Source: Candidatus Zambryskibacteria bacterium RIFCSPHIGHO2_01_FULL_43_25
GTDB taxonomy: Bacteria > Patescibacteriota > Minisyncoccia > Phycocordibacterales > Zambryskibacteraceae
DNA length: 33,835 nt
Direction of reading: 5' to 3'
NCBI GenBank assembly: GCA_001823695.1
Contig: MHVD01000009.1
Location: 1-33,835, forward strand
Shown: in pieces, positions 1 to 9,871 of the stretch
Layout: every line of letters begins with the position of its first letter
How positions within the stretch are numbered: position 1 is the stretch's first letter
Program-made: the position numbers and the translations under genes
The notes under the pieces: model-generated
Told to the model about the DNA's origin: nothing
The model's input: the letters and a program-made list of their open reading frames with translations, nothing else
The model's database searches: none

Positions 1-45
1 TCCAGTCGTTTACCACAACACACTACCACAATTAAATTTCATTTT

Positions 46-705
46 CTAATGCGCCAGTGTTATGGCTATTATTTTCTTGGTGCCGGCTTCTTTCAGCACC
101 CTTCGCGCTTCCTTAAGTGTCGCTCCGGTGGTTGTGACATCATCAATCAGTATTATATTTCTGCCTGCAATTTTCTGGCGGTTTTTTACGGCGAAACAAT
201 CCTTCAGGTTTTCCAGCCGTTTGCTTCGGCGAAGCGATGTCTGGGCGGGAGTGTCCTTTGTTTTTACAAGCGATTTTGTGTCTATTGAAAAATTATTGTT
301 TCCATCGGCTTTCAAAATTGCTTCTGCCAGCAACTGCGCCTGATTGAACCCGCGCTCGTGGTGTCTTTTGCCCGATTGTGGAATTGGCACAAGGATCGGC
401 GAATCAAACCTAGCCATCCCTTCAAATTCTCCCAAAATTCCAACAATTGCCTCCAGCATTACGCTTCCCGCCGCGCCGATAAGCTCCTCGTTCTTTCTGT
501 ATTTTATCTGCCATATAAGCTCGCGGGCAAAGGCGTTGCGGTAATTAAAAATCGGATAAATCCACCCGTCTTTCATTTCCGGCGATTCTTCCAAGCTGTG
601 GAGCTTGCCGGCTCGCGCCATTTCTTCCAATTCTTTCGCAAGTTTTCCCGGTGGAAACAGGAAGTCCCTGAAAGATTTGAAAACTAGAGCAATCCAGTTT
701 TTCAT
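46..705 (-). CDS. comF: ComF family phosphoribosyltransferase-domain competence protein
   Basis: ERGFNQA motif, PRPP-binding IILIDDVTTTGATL, RLENLKDCF; divergent from the pil cluster. Confidence 0.9.
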   Translation of the reverse strand: MKNWIALVFKSFRDFLFPPGKLAKELEEMARAGKLHSLEESPEMKDGWIYPIFNYRNAFARELIWQIKYRKNEELIGAAGSVMLEAIVGILGEFEGMARFDSPILVPIPQSGKRHHERGFNQAQLLAEAILKADGNNNFSIDTKSLVKTKDTPAQTSLRRSKRLENLKDCFAVKNRQKIAGRNIILIDDVTTTGATLKEARRVLKEAGTKKIIAITLAH

Positions 706-760
706 AGTGCTATTCTACAAGATAAAACGGGCGCCGTGATATACTAAATGGAACTTTCGC

Positions 761-1879
761 ATGGATAATCCATTTTCAAAACTCTTCAAAAAGCAGGAAG
801 GCAGTGTTCTTGGCGTTGACATTGGGTCATCAGCCATTAAAGTCATTCAGCTCAAAAAGAAGGGCAGTAAGGCGATTCTTGAGACCTACGGGGAGCTGGC
901 GCTCGGTCCTTACGCCGGAGTGGAGATCGGGCAGGCGACAAATCTTTCTACGGACAAAATAGTAGAGGCGCTGTACGACCTAATGAGGGAAAAAGAGGTT
1001 AACCTGACCACCAACAAGTGCGGGATTTCAATTCCTTTTTCCTCAAGTCTGATGACCCTCATAGAAATGCCCAAGCTTTCATACAAACAGCTTGGGGCGA
1101 TGGTTCCGCTTGAAGCCAGAAAATATATTCCGGTTCCAATCTCGGAGGTTACGCTTGATTGGACAATAATTCCAAGAGACGAAAGGGAGGAGGAAGATCT
1201 TGAAGAAGACGAAGGTACAAAAATTACAAAGATTAAGAAGACCGACGTGCTCTTGGTTGCGATTCACAACGAGACCATTGCCAAGTATCAGGAAATTGTC
1301 AACAAAACCGGACTTGAAGCCAGTTTCTACGAAATAGAAATTTTCAGCACCATAAGGGCCCTGCTTGAGCAGGAGAAAACCCCGGTGATGATTTTTGATA
1401 TGGGCGCGGCCACGACCAAAATTTATATAGTAGAGAGGGGGGTGGTTAAGACATCGCACACAATAAACAGGGGCTCGCAGGATATCACAAGCATGATTTC
1501 CAAGTCTTTGGGTATTACTATGGCGGAGGCTGAAATTATGAAGAGAAGCGTCGGTGTCACCGAGTCAAACAGCGTAAATATAAAAGACGTAGTGCACTTG
1601 AGTCTTGATTATATTTTTTCGGAGGCCAACCAAGTGATACTCAACTTTGAGAGACGCTACCGCAAAACCATAGGAAAGATTCTTCTGGTCGGTGGCGGCT
1701 CAGCTCTCAAGGGTATTGCGCAGATTGCACAGGCGAGTTTCCAGACGGACGTTATTGCCGGCAATCCATTCACAAAGACGGAAGCCCCGGCGTTTCTGGA
1801 AGATATTTTGCGGGATACTGGTCCGGAGTTTGCCGTCTCTGTCGGCTTGGCTCTAAGGAGACTTCAGGAATTCGCCTGA
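761..1879 (+). CDS. pilM: Type IV pilus assembly protein PilM (FtsA/actin-like)
   Basis: GVDIGSSAIK, EARKYIP, DMGAATT, LVGGGS, AVSVGLALR motifs. Confidence 0.93.
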   Translation: MDNPFSKLFKKQEGSVLGVDIGSSAIKVIQLKKKGSKAILETYGELALGPYAGVEIGQATNLSTDKIVEALYDLMREKEVNLTTNKCGISIPFSSSLMTLIEMPKLSYKQLGAMVPLEARKYIPVPISEVTLDWTIIPRDEREEEDLEEDEGTKITKIKKTDVLLVAIHNETIAKYQEIVNKTGLEASFYEIEIFSTIRALLEQEKTPVMIFDMGAATTKIYIVERGVVKTSHTINRGSQDITSMISKSLGITMAEAEIMKRSVGVTESNSVNIKDVVHLSLDYIFSEANQVILNFERRYRKTIGKILLVGGGSALKGIAQIAQASFQTDVIAGNPFTKTEAPAFLEDILRDTGPEFAVSVGLALRRLQEFA

Positions 1880-1971
1880 CCTGTGGATTAGAAAGCGATT
1901 GTCTTGCGCTTTGTAGTATAATTACCGCAGTGCAGAGAGTGTTAGTTTAGAGAAATTTATTGCATTTTTAA

Positions 1972-2640
1972 ATGGACCCAAAATTTCAATCTTCTTTCAT
2001 TCCCAGTAGATCAATGGTTGGCGGTAATTCTTCCGTGAATTATCCCAAACACTCCTCCGGACTGCTGTCTCTTATCGGAACAGCGATCTTTGTTCTTGCA
2101 GTCATTGCCTCGGTCGGCGTCTTTGTTTATGAAAAATATTTGGAGAGGAGAGTTACTGGCATGGAGTCGTCCCTCTCTGCCGCCAGAGAATCGCTCCAGC
2201 CCGACCTTATCAAAGAGCTGGTCAAAGAGGATTCAAGAATAGACTCGGCTTCGGAAATTGTTGACGGCCATGTTTCGCTGTCGGCCCTCTTTGCCCTTCT
2301 TGAGAAGTTGACTCTTCAATCAGTCAGATTTTCAAGTTTTTCTTTTGACACCTCGGACGTAAATAGCAAACTTGTTGACATCAACATGAAAGGGGAGGCG
2401 CTGACATACAAAAGCGTTGCTCTCCAGGAAAGCATATTCTCCGAAAACCCGAATATCATAAGCCCGCTGTTCTATGACTTGGATTTGAATGACGATGGGG
2501 ATGTTACTTTCAGCTTCAAGGCAAAAATTGACCCCGAGGCAATATCTTTTGTTAATCAGATTGAAGAAAGTAATCTGGAGCCAGCCGTGATAACCGGCGC
2601 TACAGCTAGCGGACCGGCGGCAAGCGAACCAAATCAATAA
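1972..2640 (+). CDS. pilN: PilN-like pilus assembly membrane protein
   Basis: Single N-terminal TM helix plus coiled coil; position after pilM. Confidence 0.65.
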   Translation: MDPKFQSSFIPSRSMVGGNSSVNYPKHSSGLLSLIGTAIFVLAVIASVGVFVYEKYLERRVTGMESSLSAARESLQPDLIKELVKEDSRIDSASEIVDGHVSLSALFALLEKLTLQSVRFSSFSFDTSDVNSKLVDINMKGEALTYKSVALQESIFSENPNIISPLFYDLDLNDDGDVTFSFKAKIDPEAISFVNQIEESNLEPAVITGATASGPAASEPNQ

Positions 2641-2642
2641 TT

Positions 2643-3206
2643 ATGAAACTACTTTCACCACTGCTACTAATAGTAATCTCAATAGGGTTGTTTTATATGC
2701 ATATTGACCCTAGATACCAGAACGTTAAGTTGCTACAAGCCCAGGAGAATCAATATCAGGAAGCCCTAGACAAAGCGCGAGAGCTTTTAGTTGTTAGAGA
2801 CGAGTTGCTTACGAAATACAACAACCTGCCGCAAAGCGATCTGGAAAGACTAAATCGGGTTGTTCCCGATAAAGTAAACGGGGTTAAACTGGTTACCGAT
2901 ATAAACGAAATCGCTGGGAAATACAATATACCTATAAAATCCATCAAAGTCAGCGAGGAATTGATTGACAACAGCAATCAGATCGTGGACCCGGTAGCAG
3001 CTAAGCCGTTTCTGACAACCTCAATTGACTTTAAATTTTCCGCAGAATATGCCGACTTGGTAAGTTTCCTCAAAGACCTTGAGAAGAGTCTTCAGGTAGT
3101 TGACGTCAGGTCAGTCAGTTTTGGTGCTTTGACCGAGAAAAGCGGGCAGTATGACTACGATATTGCCATTCATACCTATTGGCTAAAGCCCATCGCGGCA
3201 AACTAA
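2643..3206 (+). CDS. pilO: PilO-like pilus assembly protein
   Basis: N-terminal TM, coiled coil, 'Y..L..FLKDLEKSLQVVDV' PilO-like C-terminus; synteny. Confidence 0.75.
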   Translation: MKLLSPLLLIVISIGLFYMHIDPRYQNVKLLQAQENQYQEALDKARELLVVRDELLTKYNNLPQSDLERLNRVVPDKVNGVKLVTDINEIAGKYNIPIKSIKVSEELIDNSNQIVDPVAAKPFLTTSIDFKFSAEYADLVSFLKDLEKSLQVVDVRSVSFGALTEKSGQYDYDIAIHTYWLKPIAAN

Positions 3207-3210
3207 AAAT

Positions 3211-3528
3211 ATGGAAAAAGGAGGAAAAAACAGAAAAGCTTTCACCTTGATAATCGTCATTATCGCCCTTTTGGCTTTTGCCTACTTTTATTTCTTCAAC
3301 TCGGAAGAAATCGTAGTGCCTTCGTTTGATGAATTTGGCAATCCGGTTGAGACGGCTGTGGTCGGTCAAGACCTCATCCAACTGCTAGACCAGATTCAGG
3401 GAGTTCAATTCGACGAAAGCTTATTCTCTTCGGCTGCGTTTAGAGTTCTCACTGATTATGCGATTGTTCTGACTCCGGAACCTGTTGGTCGGAACAACCC
3501 ATTCGCGGAAATCGGGCGGTCGCAATAA
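3211..3528 (+). CDS. Small membrane-anchored pilus assembly protein (PilP-position, ends GRNNPF)
   Basis: TM helix, R-x-N-P-F motif, position after pilO. Confidence 0.55.
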   Translation: MEKGGKNRKAFTLIIVIIALLAFAYFYFFNSEEIVVPSFDEFGNPVETAVVGQDLIQLLDQIQGVQFDESLFSSAAFRVLTDYAIVLTPEPVGRNNPFAEIGRSQ

Positions 3529-3571
3529 ACCTCCGGACTATTCTCTGACTCTCGGGTAACATATTTAATGT

Positions 3572-5353
3572 ATGAGCATTCTTGATATCCTTGTAGAAAA
3601 AAAGATAATTGCTCGTGAAGATGTTGATGAAATCATAGAAGAAGCTGACTCCGCGGGGGTTACCGAGGAGCAGGTGCTTCTGCGTCGCGGCATTGATCCG
3701 AAAGAAATCCTGAAAAGCAAAGGAGAGTATCTTGATATACCCACAAGGGAGCTTAAGGGCAAAGAAATACCCGGCAAAATTCTTGAGTATATTCCGGAAG
3801 AATCCGCCGCGCATTACCGTTTTGTGCCGATAGGGGTGAAGGACGGCGTTTTGGAAGTTGGTGTGGTTGAGCCGGACAACATTGAAGGGCGCGACGCACT
3901 CAATTTCATTTCTTCAAAAATCAATATGCCGTTCAAGATATTCCTGATATCTGAACAGGATTTTGAATCTGTTATTGCAATGTACAAGGGCCTCTCCGGA
4001 GAGGTGACCAAGGCGCTGTCGGAGCTTGAGGTTGAGCTAAAAGGCTCAAGGGACGAAGCCGCAGAAGGCGCCGAAGAAGAGGAAGATACGGCTGATTCGT
4101 CTCAAGCTGCGGCCGAGCTTGAAGCAGCCAGCGCTTCGGAAAAAGGAGGCAAAGAAGATGAGACCAAGATAATTGAAGATGCTCCAGTCACAAAAATCGT
4201 GGCGACAATTCTGCGCTATGCGACTGACGGCGATGCTTCAGACATTCACATAGAGCGGACGAGGGAGAACGTGAAAGTCAGGTTCAGAGTAGACGGTGTT
4301 TTGAACACCAGTCTTGTCCTGCCCGCCAAGATTCATTCGGCGGTTGTGGCTCGTATAAAAATTCTTTCAAATATGCGCTTGGACGAGAAACGCAAACCTC
4401 AAGACGGCCGATTCAGTGCCAAAATTGCAAACCACAAAATAGATTTTCGTGTCTCTAGCTTTCCGACGTACTTTGGAGAAAAGATTGCTATGCGTATTCT
4501 AGATCAGGAAAAAGGCCTAAAAAACCTAGACGATCTCGGCATATCGGAAAAAAATCTGAAATCCATAAGAAACGCGATAAAACATCCCTATGGCTTGATT
4601 CTAATCTCTGGTCCTACCGGCTCAGGCAAATCAACCACTCTCTATTCCATGCTAAACGAAGTTGATAGGGAGCATAAGAATGTGCTTTCTCTTGAAGACC
4701 CTATTGAATACAACATTGAAGGCATGAGTCAGTCACAGGTCCGTCCGGAGATTGGCTACACATTTGCCAACGGTTTGCGCACTACCTTAAGGCAGGACCC
4801 TGATATCATAATGGTCGGCGAGATCAGAGACAAAGAAACGGCCCAGCTTGCCATCCAGGCGGCGTTGACAGGCCACCTGGTGCTCTCTACTGTTCACACC
4901 AATGATGCCATTGGTGTAATTCCTCGTCTTATAGACATGGGTGTTGACCCGTATCTAATTGCGCCCACTCTTATACTGGCCATTGCTCAAAGACTGGTAA
5001 GAAAGTTATGTCCCGATGGCGGCAAACCGATACCGGTTGATGGAAGCATAGAGCTGATGATCCAGAGACAATTCGCGGATTTGCCCGAGAAATTCAGGAA
5101 AGAGATAAAATTCGGCAAAGAAGTGTACGAAATTTCTCCCACTGAAGATTGTCCCAACGGTACGAGAGGAAGAATGGCGGTGATGGAGGTTCTTGAGATG
5201 GACAGAGATATAGAACAGGTAATCCTTCGCGGCGGTACTGAAATGGAGCTTGCAAAAATGGCCAGAGAGAAGGGAATGATCAGCATGAAAGAAGACGCCA
5301 TTCTCAAGGTCTTCCAGAGGGTAATTCCTTTTGAAGAAATTGCCACATTATAA
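3572..5353 (+). CDS. pilB: Type IV pilus extension ATPase PilB/GspE
   Basis: ASDIHIE, RFRVDG, Walker A GPTGSGKST, RQDPDIIMVGEIRD, TGHLVLSTVHTN. Confidence 0.95.
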   Translation: MSILDILVEKKIIAREDVDEIIEEADSAGVTEEQVLLRRGIDPKEILKSKGEYLDIPTRELKGKEIPGKILEYIPEESAAHYRFVPIGVKDGVLEVGVVEPDNIEGRDALNFISSKINMPFKIFLISEQDFESVIAMYKGLSGEVTKALSELEVELKGSRDEAAEGAEEEEDTADSSQAAAELEAASASEKGGKEDETKIIEDAPVTKIVATILRYATDGDASDIHIERTRENVKVRFRVDGVLNTSLVLPAKIHSAVVARIKILSNMRLDEKRKPQDGRFSAKIANHKIDFRVSSFPTYFGEKIAMRILDQEKGLKNLDDLGISEKNLKSIRNAIKHPYGLILISGPTGSGKSTTLYSMLNEVDREHKNVLSLEDPIEYNIEGMSQSQVRPEIGYTFANGLRTTLRQDPDIIMVGEIRDKETAQLAIQAALTGHLVLSTVHTNDAIGVIPRLIDMGVDPYLIAPTLILAIAQRLVRKLCPDGGKPIPVDGSIELMIQRQFADLPEKFRKEIKFGKEVYEISPTEDCPNGTRGRMAVMEVLEMDRDIEQVILRGGTEMELAKMAREKGMISMKEDAILKVFQRVIPFEEIATL

Positions 5354-5399
5354 AGAAATGCTTTGTGGTTATGGGGTTTAATTTTGTATAATACTCAAT

Positions 5400-5795
5400 A
5401 TGAATAAAGAAGGTAAACCGACGGTTCTTATAGTTGATGACGATAAATTCTTGCTGGAGATGTATTCCACAAAATTTAAGAATCTCGGTTATGAAGTTTG
5501 CGCCATAACAAACGCTCAAGAAGCTCTTGTCAAAATTCGCGAGGGCATTTCTCTGGACGCCATACTGCTTGACATAATAATGCCCAACATGGACGGCATG
5601 GAATTTTTGGAAACTTTGCGCAAGGAAAAATTGGCTGATTCAAGCGCTATAATAATGCTGACTAACGAGACCGACCCGAACAAGATTGATAGAGCGAAGA
5701 GCTTGGGCGTAGCTGGCTATATTGTTAAGGCGACAACAATTCCTTCTCAGGTTGTGGAGGAGGTTGAAAAAATTTTGAAAAGCAAAAAAATATAA
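5400..5795 (+). CDS. Stand-alone response regulator receiver (CheY-like)
   Basis: LIVDDD, LLDIIMPNMDG (phospho-Asp), IIMLT, YIVK. Confidence 0.9.
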   Translation: MNKEGKPTVLIVDDDKFLLEMYSTKFKNLGYEVCAITNAQEALVKIREGISLDAILLDIIMPNMDGMEFLETLRKEKLADSSAIIMLTNETDPNKIDRAKSLGVAGYIVKATTIPSQVVEEVEKILKSKKI

Positions 5796-5797
5796 AT

Positions 5798-6859
5798 ATG
5801 GATAATGCAAAAGAATTACTTGCCGATTTAGTTGGAACCGTGGTCAAAGAGGGAGGATCAGATATTCACTTGTCTGAAGACAGAATCCCGACGATAAGAG
5901 TATCAAGTTTTCTGATACCTCTGGTGAAGAAACAACCCCTGACGAAGGGACAGGTTGATAATATTATATCAATACTTATTCCGCCCAAAATCAAAGAAGA
6001 GCTTGAAATCAAGAAGGAAGTTGACTTTGGCTACGCTTACGGTGATGTTAGGTTTAGGGGCAGTATTTATCACCGAATGAGTAAAAAGGCGATTGCCCTG
6101 CGTCTAATTCCAAAGCGGATAAGAACTCTGGAAGAACTTAATCTGCCCGATATTTTGGCTTCATTTGCCAGAAGACAGCAGGGCTTTTTCCTCTGTGTCG
6201 GACCGGTTGGCCAAGGCAAAAGCACAACCCTCGCCAGTCTGATAGAACTTATAAATCAGGAGAGACTTGAGCATATTGTGACTATTGAAGAGCCGATTGA
6301 ATATGTTTTTGAGCCGAAGAAGTCAATTATTGACCAAAGGGAGGTGAAAATTGATACCCGAGGTTTTCATTCTGGGCTCTGGAGCGTTTTCCGCCAGGAC
6401 GTGGATGTTCTGATGATAGGTGAAATGCGCGACCCGGAAACCATTTCAACTGCGGTAACGGCCGCAGAGACCGGACACTTGGTTTTCTCCACGCTTCATA
6501 CAAACAGCGCCGCGCAGACGATTGACAGAATAATAGACTCTTTCCCATCCGACCAGCAGGCACAAATCAGAATTCAGTTGGGCGGTAGTTTGGCGGCCAT
6601 ATTCTCCCAGAGACTTGTTCCGAGGATCTCCGGAGGCCTCATACCGGCTTACGAGCTGCTTATAAACAATAACGCGGTTGCCAACCTTATACGCGACAAG
6701 AGGACCCACGAAATAAATTCAGTCATCGAGACAAGCTCAAAGGACGGTATGATTGACTTAAACCAGTCGCTGGCGTCCCTAGTCAGAGCCGGAGAAATAA
6801 CCGTGGAAAACGCCTTCCTCTATTCGATTAATCCGAAAACTTTAGAAAAGTTAATTTAG
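5798..6859 (+). CDS. pilT: Type IV pilus retraction ATPase PilT
   Basis: SDIHL, GPVGQGKST, GEMRD, AAETGHLVFSTLHT, AVANLIRD (AIRNLIRE-like). Confidence 0.93.
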   Translation: MDNAKELLADLVGTVVKEGGSDIHLSEDRIPTIRVSSFLIPLVKKQPLTKGQVDNIISILIPPKIKEELEIKKEVDFGYAYGDVRFRGSIYHRMSKKAIALRLIPKRIRTLEELNLPDILASFARRQQGFFLCVGPVGQGKSTTLASLIELINQERLEHIVTIEEPIEYVFEPKKSIIDQREVKIDTRGFHSGLWSVFRQDVDVLMIGEMRDPETISTAVTAAETGHLVFSTLHTNSAAQTIDRIIDSFPSDQQAQIRIQLGGSLAAIFSQRLVPRISGGLIPAYELLINNNAVANLIRDKRTHEINSVIETSSKDGMIDLNQSLASLVRAGEITVENAFLYSINPKTLEKLI

Positions 6860-6865
6860 AAAAAA

Positions 6866-8074
6866 ATGCTTTTTGGGTACAAAGCGATAGATCAAAACGG
6901 GGAAAGCAAGGAGGGCTCTATAGAAGCCGTGAGTATTGACGTTGCCATTAACTCTCTTCAGAAAAGAGGCCTGATCCTCTCCTCAATAGATCCAATAGAG
7001 GATAAGAGCATAAGGAAACGGTTTTTCTTCGGGCGCAAAGTTCCTGGAAAGGATGTTGTTATTCTTTCGAGACAGCTTTCAACTCTGTTTGATGCTCAAG
7101 TCTCGGCACTGCGGATTTTTAAACTGATTTCTGCCGAAACTGAAAATCCGATACTGCGCAGAAGCCTTACTGAAGTAGCCGATGATATCCAAGGAGGAAG
7201 TTCAATATCAAAAGCTCTTTCAAAACACCCTAAAATATTCTCCGATTTTTATGTCAGCATGGTTAGGGCGGGCGAAGAAACCGGCAAACTCAACGACAGC
7301 TTCAATTTCCTGGCCGACTATCTTGACCGCAACTATGAAGTTATTTCTAAAACCAAAAATGCCTTAATTTATCCGGCTTTTGTCTTAACTGTTTTTATTG
7401 GTGTAATGGTATTGATGTTTACGATGATTGTGCCGAAAATTGCCGCCATTTTGGTTGATTCCGGACAGGAACTGCCGTTTTACACCAAAATAGTCATAGG
7501 CATAAGCAGTTTCTTGGTGGATTATGGAGTTTTTCTGGCCACCGCCCTGGTAATAGCCGTCTTTTTCCTCGTAAGATACAGCCGTACGGAAGAAGGCAAA
7601 TTCGCCTTAGATAATTTCAGAATGCAGATTCCGGTTGTCGGAAACCTCTACAGAAAACTCTACCTTTCCATTATCGCTGACAATATGCACACAATGGTGC
7701 TTTCGGGTATTCCGATGTTGCGGGCGATTGAAATAACCTCTTCTGTCGTCGGCAGTAGAATATACAAGCAGCTGTTAAACGAGAGTCTTATTGCTGTAAA
7801 AGGCGGGAGCTCGCTCTCCGCGTCGCTGTCCCAATATCCCGAAATCCCGGGAATTCTGGTGCAAATGATAAAAGTCGGAGAAGAGACCGGCGAATTGGGC
7901 AGTATTCTTGAAACCATGGCCAAATTCTACCAGCGGGAGGTTGTAAATGCGGTTGACACTCTAGTCGGCCTTATAGAGCCGATAATGATTGTGGCCTTGG
8001 GCTTGGGGGTAGGAATACTCTTGGCCTCGGTACTTTTGCCTATATACAATATCGCCTCAACGGCTGGAATTTAA
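6866..8074 (+). CDS. pilC: Type IV pilus platform protein PilC (GspF family)
   Basis: Two GspF repeats (RAGEETGKL, KVGEETGEL), ALIYP, LIEP. Confidence 0.95.
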   Translation: MLFGYKAIDQNGESKEGSIEAVSIDVAINSLQKRGLILSSIDPIEDKSIRKRFFFGRKVPGKDVVILSRQLSTLFDAQVSALRIFKLISAETENPILRRSLTEVADDIQGGSSISKALSKHPKIFSDFYVSMVRAGEETGKLNDSFNFLADYLDRNYEVISKTKNALIYPAFVLTVFIGVMVLMFTMIVPKIAAILVDSGQELPFYTKIVIGISSFLVDYGVFLATALVIAVFFLVRYSRTEEGKFALDNFRMQIPVVGNLYRKLYLSIIADNMHTMVLSGIPMLRAIEITSSVVGSRIYKQLLNESLIAVKGGSSLSASLSQYPEIPGILVQMIKVGEETGELGSILETMAKFYQREVVNAVDTLVGLIEPIMIVALGLGVGILLASVLLPIYNIASTAGI

Positions 8075-8089
8075 CCACAAATGCCTCCC

Positions 8090-8142
8090 TTATCCACAGC
8101 CGTGGCTCCTAGTGGTGTTTTTGCCTTATTTGGGGGTATAAT
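8090..8142 (+). promoter_or_regulatory. Perfect DnaA-box sequence TTATCCACA (8090-8098) and -10 hexamer TATAAT (8137-8142) upstream of the pilin genes
   Basis: Exact consensus matches in the intergenic region; near-match TTAACCACA at 8071-8079. Confidence 0.45.
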
Positions 8143-8210
8143 GTATGTACTCGTTTGAGAAAACGACTGCCCGAATGGGTAAGAAATTTAATAGTAATTT
8201 TAAGCTTAAA

Positions 8211-8636
8211 ATGAATCTTAGAAAAGGTTTTACGCTCATAGAGCTTTTGGTGGTTATAGCCATCATCGGCATCCTTTCTTCAGTTGTGTTGGCAAGTCTC
8301 AACAAAGCCAGAGAAAAGGGAGCTGATGCGGCGGTCAAATCTAACCTAGCCAATGTTCGAGCTCAAGCGGAGCTTGTTTATGACGACACGATACCGAATA
8401 CTTATTTGAATGTTTGTGCCAATCCGACTGTAATGAATGCCAAGGCGGCGGCTGAAGCCGCAGGCGGCGCTGTGGGAATTTGCAACAATACCGCAACTGG
8501 TTGGGCTCTGTCTGTTCAGATGAAATCGCAGGGCTTGTTTGGTGCAGGTTCTTTAACGGACTACTGGTGTGTTGATGGGGGTGGGAAGTCAGAGTTAAAC
8601 GACAATCAGCTGGGCGCTGGTGTGACTGCTTGTTAG
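8211..8636 (+). CDS. Type IV pilin (major-type); alternative start 8175
   Basis: Class III signal KG|[16 protein letters not shown]; C-terminal YWCVD...C; followed by a terminator. Confidence 0.9.
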   Translation: MNLRKGFTLIELLVVIAIIGILSSVVLASLNKAREKGADAAVKSNLANVRAQAELVYDDTIPNTYLNVCANPTVMNAKAAAEAAGGAVGICNNTATGWALSVQMKSQGLFGAGSLTDYWCVDGGGKSELNDNQLGAGVTAC

Positions 8637-8652
8637 TATCTCGCGAAGTTTA

Positions 8653-8685
8653 AAGAAAACCCCCTGTGCACAAGGGGGTTTTCTT
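8653..8685 (+). terminator. Intrinsic terminator hairpin
   Basis: AAGAAAACCCCCT-loop-AGGGGGTTTTCTT perfect 13-bp stem. Confidence 0.8.
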
Positions 8686-8755
8686 GTTTCAGCTGTTCTT
8701 ATATGCTTACTGTAGGCCTACCACTAAGCGCTACCGCATTTTGGGCCGTCCCTCA

Positions 8756-9217
8756 ATGATATTTACTCGTCTTAGCAATAGAGGCTTCACTCTGATAGAG
8801 CTTCTGGTTGTGATTGCCATTATCGGCATACTGTCGTCTATAGTTTTGTCCAGCCTGAACGACGCTAGGAATAAAGCAGGAAACGCCGCTGTCAAATCAA
8901 ATCTGGCAAACATCAGAGTCCAGGCCGCGCTCTATTATGACAGCAATAATACCTATGGGTCTTATGCCTTTAGTCCGTGCCCGATATCAGGCACGGGGTC
9001 GGTGTTCCACGACCCGAATATATTGGACGCAATAAGTTCTGCCAAGACTGCGGGCGGAGACACGACAAATCTAAACAGGTGCTTTGCAAACGCCTCTGGT
9101 TGGGCGGTGTCGGTTCCCTTGAAGAAGAAAGAGGGTCTTTTTGGGCACTGGTGTGTTGACGCCAACGGCGCTTCAATGGGAAGGGCAAGTGCGATTACTA
9201 TTGCATCCTGCCAGTAA
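8756..9217 (+). CDS. Type IV pilin (start corrected from ORF 8666)
   Basis: RG|[16 protein letters not shown]; HWCVD...CQ; the upstream ORF extension overlaps the terminator. Confidence 0.88.
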   Translation: MIFTRLSNRGFTLIELLVVIAIIGILSSIVLSSLNDARNKAGNAAVKSNLANIRVQAALYYDSNNTYGSYAFSPCPISGTGSVFHDPNILDAISSAKTAGGDTTNLNRCFANASGWAVSVPLKKKEGLFGHWCVDANGASMGRASAITIASCQ

Positions 9218-9235
9218 TAATTTATTATTAGTTTT

Positions 9236-9706
9236 ATGAAAAGAACAATGAAAATCAGAGGTTTCACTTTAATAGAGCTTTTGGTGGTTATAGCCATCAT
9301 CGGCATTCTTTCTTCCGTTGTATTGGCAAGTCTCAATACTGCCAGAGCGAAAGGCGCAGATGCGGCCATAAAGTCAAATTTGGCCAATATCAGGCCTCAA
9401 GCAGAAATATTGTTTGATAGTAACGGCAATTATGGCGCTGACGCAGACAATGATTGTGCCACTGTTGATAGTTTGTTTGTTGATTCGGTAGTTTCCAGTC
9501 AGATTGCTGGCGCTGTTAATGCAAGCGGTGGTAGTGCTACCTGCTATTCTGATGATGGTGTTGTTGGTGCCGGCTCGGCGGCAAGCTCTTGGGCGGTTTC
9601 CGTGCCGCTCAAAACCAACCCGGCCAACAGCTGGTGTGTGGATTCTTCGGGGATTTCGGCTTCCGGTACTGCCGCTGTTTCATCTAACGTTGTTTCTTGC
9701 CAGTAA
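9236..9706 (+). CDS. Type IV pilin (major-type)
   Basis: RG|[16 protein letters not shown]; SWCVDS...CQ. Confidence 0.9.
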   Translation: MKRTMKIRGFTLIELLVVIAIIGILSSVVLASLNTARAKGADAAIKSNLANIRPQAEILFDSNGNYGADADNDCATVDSLFVDSVVSSQIAGAVNASGGSATCYSDDGVVGAGSAASSWAVSVPLKTNPANSWCVDSSGISASGTAAVSSNVVSCQ

Positions 9707-9725
9707 AACAAAAAACATAAACTAC

Positions 9726-9766
9726 AACAAATTACTGCGTCCCGCTAAGAGACGCGGTAATTTGTT
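9726..9766 (+). terminator. Intrinsic terminator hairpin
   Basis: AACAAATTACTGCGTC / GACGCGGTAATTTGTT stem followed by T-run. Confidence 0.75.
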
Positions 9767-9871
9767 TTTGTGTGCCGCCTACTTGTTTTTAAGTTTTGTA
9801 AATCTAGGGTTATTTGGAGGGCTGTAAGTTATCAGTTAGATTACGAAGCAAACTTCCGTATAATTATATAG

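Noticed and set aside
8666-8755. N-terminal extensions of ORF-track calls (also 20028, 22910, 27539, 28330, 32374)
   Set aside because: Extensions overlap terminators, promoters or neighbouring genes; downstream ATGs give proper signal or prepilin leaders.
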